DNA from: Myxococcota bacterium
Lineage (GTDB): Bacteria > Myxococcota_A > UBA796 > GCA-2862545
Reading direction: 5' to 3'
NCBI GenBank assembly: GCA_039208735.1
Contig: JBCCQY010000232.1
Span: 1-10,928, forward strand
DNA length: 10,928 nt
A program made the translations under genes and the position numbers. Positions within the stretch are counted from its first letter, which is position 1, and each line of letters starts with the position of its first letter. The notes beneath the pieces were generated by a model, which worked only from the letters and a program-made list of their open reading frames with translations, was not told where the DNA came from and searched no databases. Below, piece after piece: positions 6,652 to 10,928 of this stretch.

Positions 6652-7235
6652 GGCAGATCGACCTGCGACAGCACCTTTGACAAGAACATCCGCCGGTCCG
6701 TGCGGACCTTGCCGTTGGTCCGCATCGCTGAGACCTCCTGGTCAACGCCCATTTCCTCAAAGCCCATGGCCTTGTACATCTCGCCCGATGGGGTGTGGCT
6801 CGTGCTCACGCGCAAAACCACGTGGCTGTATCGTTCGTCATCGATGAGCCGTAGGCGTTCACGAACCAAAGCACGGCCAATCCCTAGGCCCCGGAATCGC
6901 TCCAATACCCCCAACTCAGCGAGGTAGAAGGTGTGGGGGACCGGGACGAGTCCGGCCAGGTGATTGGCCACAGACGGCATCGTCGACAGGGGAGTGGCTG
7001 CGGCTAGCGCCACTACTTGGGAGTTGCCCCGGGTAGCCACCAGGACGATGTTATCGTCGAGGCTGACAAGCCTCTGGAACACCCCTTCCGCTTCGCTTGG
7101 GTAGAAGCGTTCGAAGTAGGGAAACCCGCTGAACACGGTCTGGTAGGTCCCCACAAACCCGGCTCGCCAGCGCGTGACGTCTTCGGGCGCCCGGATGCGG
7201 CGAATGGCGATTCCGTTCAACTCGGCGAGTGGCAT
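6648..7235 (-). CDS. GNAT family N-acetyltransferase (195 aa)
   Basis: Acetyl-CoA motif [22 protein letters not shown] and motif B MYKAMGF are present. ATG 7235 (MPLAELNG) avoids overlap with the upstream gene and is preferred over 7274. Confidence 0.9.
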   Translation of the reverse strand: MPLAELNGIAIRRIRAPEDVTRWRAGFVGTYQTVFSGFPYFERFYPSEAEGVFQRLVSLDDNIVLVATRGNSQVVALAAATPLSTMPSVANHLAGLVPVPHTFYLAELGVLERFRGLGIGRALVRERLRLIDDERYSHVVLRVSTSHTPSGEMYKAMGFEEMGVDQEVSAMRTNGKVRTDRRMFLSKVLSQVDLP

Positions 7236-7258
7236 AGCCCCATCATGGCGCAAACGGA

Positions 7259-8341
7259 CTAGCCGAGCCACCACCGGGTGGCCCGGGTGCTTCCCGTTCG
7301 GGCGACCACCCCCAGGATCTCCAGCTCGACGAGTTCGCGACGAACGAGGATCGGGTCGAGATCGAGTGTGGTCGCAAGCTGCTTTGTGCTCGCGCCATCT
7401 TCGGCGTCGGCCAACAGATTGACGAGACGTTCGCCAAGATCATCTTCTCGCTCGGCCTTTTGTGGCTTCGGCTCTGGAATGGCAATGGGTTTCGCCACGA
7501 TGGGAGTGCTGGGCCACGCAGGGTGAGCGCGCCGGACCCGCTTGGTGCGACGACCGCGCGCAGGCTCCGCCAGCGCGAGTTCGATCGCCGCGGCCGAGCC
7601 CGCTTCGTACAGCGGAGCGAAGGTCTTCAGCAGATCTCCGTTGCCGGGTAGGGGACCAAGTTCGAGCAATCCTGGCGGGTACGGACCGTCCTGCCGAACC
7701 GAGATGGAAAAGCTTGGAGCTCCTCCAGGAGAGGCAAACCAATCTCCCGGAGGGGGAGTCTCATCTCGATTGGCCCCGTTGCTCGGCGAGCGAGAGGTAT
7801 CGCCCCAACTGCGCCGCAGCTCAGCGATGAGCTGCTCTCGGGGACGTCCCCGCAATGCGAAGAGCAACAAAGGCTCTCCCTCAAGGGCTTCCGCGATCAA
7901 GTGATGGACCGCCGCACCGTGCGCGCAAGGCACGGCATAGTCGCCGCAATCGCAGTCCCCGTCGAGCTCTCCGGGTTCCGGAAATAGCTTGACGCCTTGG
8001 GACTGAAGAGCCTTGAGGAATGATGCGTTGATGTCTCCCTCAACGAGAGCAGCCAAGCGATCGAGCCGCTGACGGAGCACATCGAGGACGGCTTTCCATT
8101 CGTCCTCGTCGTAGGTGCGTATGCGCACCGTAGGTCGATGGATCATCGAACCATCTTCGACCTCGGCGTAAACCGTTCCCGGCGCGAAATCGATCGACCG
8201 CACTCGGCCCGATTTGGCGAGGGTTCGTCCACGCCGCATGCGTCCTTGCATACGTTCATCATCCGCTCGAACCGCAGACAGCCAACGCTTGGCAAGCGGA
8301 CCCAGCGGACGATTGGATGTACGAATTCCTTCAGTGATCAT
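7259..8341 (-). CDS. SWIM zinc-finger protein (SNF2-associated) with C-terminal winged helix-turn-helix
   Basis: RMRRGRTLAKSGRV N-terminal motif, LFP, SWIM motif CDCGDYAVPCAH at 7919-7954 and PLLLFALRG. The start ATG 8341 overlaps the SNF2 TGA as ATGA (8338-8341). The last ~60 aa show an HTH-plus-wing pattern. Confidence 0.9.
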   Translation of the reverse strand: MITEGIRTSNRPLGPLAKRWLSAVRADDERMQGRMRRGRTLAKSGRVRSIDFAPGTVYAEVEDGSMIHRPTVRIRTYDEDEWKAVLDVLRQRLDRLAALVEGDINASFLKALQSQGVKLFPEPGELDGDCDCGDYAVPCAHGAAVHHLIAEALEGEPLLLFALRGRPREQLIAELRRSWGDTSRSPSNGANRDETPPPGDWFASPGGAPSFSISVRQDGPYPPGLLELGPLPGNGDLLKTFAPLYEAGSAAAIELALAEPARGRRTKRVRRAHPAWPSTPIVAKPIAIPEPKPQKAEREDDLGERLVNLLADAEDGASTKQLATTLDLDPILVRRELVELEILGVVARTGSTRATRWWLG

Positions 8342-10928
8342 GCGACGTGATCCTCGGATTTCGGGTCCTGGGCCAACATGACCAGGGCACGCAGTTGGTC
8401 GTCGTCCAGTTCGGTGACCCAACGTTCACCGGAGCCCACGACCGTACGGAAGAGTTCGCGTTTTTCGTCCAGGAGCTGGTCGATTCGCTCTTCCAAGGTT
8501 CCCTCGCACACCATCTTGTGCACCATGACGGTTTGGTGTTGACCAATTCGATAAGCACGGTCGGTGGCCTGGTCTTCGACCGCAGGATTCCACCAACGAT
8601 CGTAATGCAGTACGTGGGTGGCGCGAGTCAAATTCAACCCCGTTCCACCGGCTCGAAGAGACACGATCAGAACGGGTGCAGCCATCGCATCTTCCTGGAA
8701 GGACCTCACCATTGCATCGCGCTGCTGGATGGGGGTTCCGCCATGGAGGAAGGGGACGGCCACCGAAAGCAATTCCGTTAAGTGGGCGCGAAGAAGATCA
8801 CCCATTTCTCGATACTGGGTGAAGACTACGGCGCGATCTCCGCAATCGGCAATCGATTCGATCCGCTCAGTCAGTCGATCCAGCTTCCCGGAACGTCCCG
8901 GCAAGGTCATATCTGGGTTGTCGACGCGCTTCTTAAGGAACTGAAGCGGATGGTTGCAGATCTGCTTGAGCGCGGTGAGCATGGCGAGCACCTGGCCGCG
9001 TCGTTCAAGGTCGCTGGCCTGGGCGATCTCTTCCATGGCCCGATCGACCTCTTCCCGGTAGAGTCGCCGCTGCTCGGTCGTGAGCATGCAGTATTCGCGT
9101 CGCTCGACCTTATCTGGCAGGTCATCGATGACGTTGGGATCGGTTTTCACCCGGCGCAATAGGAACGGGGACACCGTGACCCGCAGTTTCGCGGCGACCT
9201 GATCGTCACCGAAACGCTCGACGGGAACCGCGACCTCGCGAAGGAATGTACGTCGCGCACCCAACAAGCCGGGCACGAGGAACTCCATCACCGACCAAAG
9301 TTCTTCGAGGCGATTTTCAACGGGGGTTCCCGTCAGCGCGATGCGTTGGCGGGCAATGAGTTGTCGGGCGGCCTTCGCACGCTGGCTATCCGGGTTCTTG
9401 ATAGATTGGGCCTCGTCGAGGGCCATGATGTCCCAAGGAATTTGACCCAACTGCTCAACGTCTCGAACGAGGAGTCCGTAGGTGGTCAGCACGACGTCAA
9501 CGTCGCCCAGCGATTCCTCTTCTCGGCCATGTCCGTGCCATCTTAGGAATTCGAGGGCCGGAGCGAACCGGGCCAGTTCGCGTTCCCAGTTGCCCAACAC
9601 GCTGGTTGGGCACACCACGAGCGAGGGCCGAGGTTCGAGGTGTTCGTTATCGGCGCGCGACAACAGGTGCGCAATGAGCTGGATGGTCTTGCCGAGCCCC
9701 ATGTCGTCCGCCAACAGTGCGCCGAGACCCAGCTCGCCTAATGTGGACAACCAGGCGTATCCGCGACGTTGATAGCCTCGCAGCGTCGCATTCAACCGCT
9801 CGGGAGCCGGAAGATCAGGTGGCTCACGGATCGCATCGATCAAGTTGGTCAGATTCGTGTCGGCAATGACCTCGACGCCGTCGTACTCTCCCGTCAAGAC
9901 CGCGCGTAGCGCCACCGGCAACGGCATAGACCCGCGCTCCGAAAGGTCGCGGGGCAGCCGTACAAGATCTGCTGGATCGAAGAACACCCAACGCTTTCGC
10001 CACTTCACGATCGGTTTGTCGGCGGCGATGATCTCGGCAAACTCGTCACCGGTGAGGACCCGGCCGTTGACGAGAACTTCCCACGAAAAACCCAAGGCAT
10101 CTTCGAGGGGTTCACCCGTGCGCGAACCCAGTCGAATCCGGGCCTTGAGTCGTTGTTGACCCGAACCCTGGAACTCCTTGGGCAGCGACACCAAGAATCC
10201 GGCTTGTTCAAGCGCGCGACGGCCCTGGTCGAGGAAGGCCCACGCCTGATTGGCGTCGAGCGACAAATCACGGGGTTCGGCACCGGCAAGGCAGTCGCGC
10301 AGCACCGAGTGGAGCTGGGCTGCCCGTGCGAGTCCCCGCAGGGCAGCTTCGGCGGGCCGCGGATACGTGTGGGCCCCGATGGTCACGGCACTTCCAGCGC
10401 GCCACGCCGGAACCAACGGCACTGAGGTTTCGGCGTCTCCTGGGGGGTGCAACCGAAGTTCGAGGGGGAAGGTACCATCGCGATCGCGAGGCAATTTCAG
10501 CGCAAAACCCACCCGGGGGGTGGGAGCTTCTGCCGCCGCGGCCCACGCGGCAATCCGTTCGGGCATGGCTTGCCAACGCGCGTCGCGAAGGGCGAACGAC
10601 GCGTCGTCATCGCGTAGACCGTCGGCCCACGCCCGCATCCATCCTCGACTCGGTCCCGGATAGGCACGTTGCCGATACAGCACGTCCACCACGGAATCGA
10701 GGAAGCGTCGCAAGACTTCTGTGGAGGGACGAAGTCGCAATGGACGGGTGCCCGCAGGTTCGGCCCGGGCAGCCGCGGGGAGCGCGTCCGCAAGGAGGTC
10801 TACGCGGCTTCGATCCGCCGGTCGGGTCAGCAATGCCGCCCACCGGGCTCGCCCATCCTTTACGGTTGGCACCACCCGTTGATATGCCGCCAATTCGAGT
10901 CCTAGTTTTGCGGCTAGAGAAAAGCAAC
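8338..10928 (-). CDS. SNF2-family (SWI2/SNF2) helicase-like ATPase, 5'-truncated by window edge
   Basis: LRGYQRRGYAWL, LADDMGLGKT, VVCPTSVLGNWERE, DEAQSIKN, LTGTPVENRLEELW, LKQICNHP, SLRAGGTGLNLT and WWNPAVEDQATDRAYRIGQ are all intact. The frame stays open past TTG 10893 to the window end (..CFSLAAKLGLELAAYQRVVP). Confidence 0.97.
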   Translation of the reverse strand, partial: CFSLAAKLGLELAAYQRVVPTVKDGRARWAALLTRPADRSRVDLLADALPAAARAEPAGTRPLRLRPSTEVLRRFLDSVVDVLYRQRAYPGPSRGWMRAWADGLRDDDASFALRDARWQAMPERIAAWAAAAEAPTPRVGFALKLPRDRDGTFPLELRLHPPGDAETSVPLVPAWRAGSAVTIGAHTYPRPAEAALRGLARAAQLHSVLRDCLAGAEPRDLSLDANQAWAFLDQGRRALEQAGFLVSLPKEFQGSGQQRLKARIRLGSRTGEPLEDALGFSWEVLVNGRVLTGDEFAEIIAADKPIVKWRKRWVFFDPADLVRLPRDLSERGSMPLPVALRAVLTGEYDGVEVIADTNLTNLIDAIREPPDLPAPERLNATLRGYQRRGYAWLSTLGELGLGALLADDMGLGKTIQLIAHLLSRADNEHLEPRPSLVVCPTSVLGNWERELARFAPALEFLRWHGHGREEESLGDVDVVLTTYGLLVRDVEQLGQIPWDIMALDEAQSIKNPDSQRAKAARQLIARQRIALTGTPVENRLEELWSVMEFLVPGLLGARRTFLREVAVPVERFGDDQVAAKLRVTVSPFLLRRVKTDPNVIDDLPDKVERREYCMLTTEQRRLYREEVDRAMEEIAQASDLERRGQVLAMLTALKQICNHPLQFLKKRVDNPDMTLPGRSGKLDRLTERIESIADCGDRAVVFTQYREMGDLLRAHLTELLSVAVPFLHGGTPIQQRDAMVRSFQEDAMAAPVLIVSLRAGGTGLNLTRATHVLHYDRWWNPAVEDQATDRAYRIGQHQTVMVHKMVCEGTLEERIDQLLDEKRELFRTVVGSGERWVTELDDDQLRALVMLAQDPKSEDHVA

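Noticed and set aside
10891..10893. TTG start for the SNF2 gene
   Set aside because: The frame remains open to the window edge and reads as continuing protein, so the real start is probably outside the window.

Overview
GC-rich, densely coded bacterial chromosomal window with 11 supportable CDSs. The Cys-rich lipoproteins and acidic Pro/Glu-rich membrane protein suggest a Myxococcota-like host, which is an inference. In order: a HAL2/SAL1-type 3'(2'),5'-bisphosphate nucleotidase; five small envelope genes (secreted beta-sandwich protein, 4-TM protein, Cys-rich lipoprotein, DUF4920-like lipoprotein, lipoprotein with a carboxypeptidase-regulatory-like domain); aat (Leu/Phe-tRNA-protein transferase); a 650-aa bitopic membrane protein with (Glu-Pro)n spacer and C-terminal beta-barrel; and a minus-strand cluster of SNF2 ATPase (5' end outside the window), SWIM zinc-finger protein with an extra C-terminal winged helix, and a GNAT acetyltransferase. 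No rRNA, tRNA, CRISPR array or mobile element was seen. The best leads are the SNF2/SWIM-wHTH/GNAT unit, the architecture of the 650-aa protein, and unusually short signal peptides.
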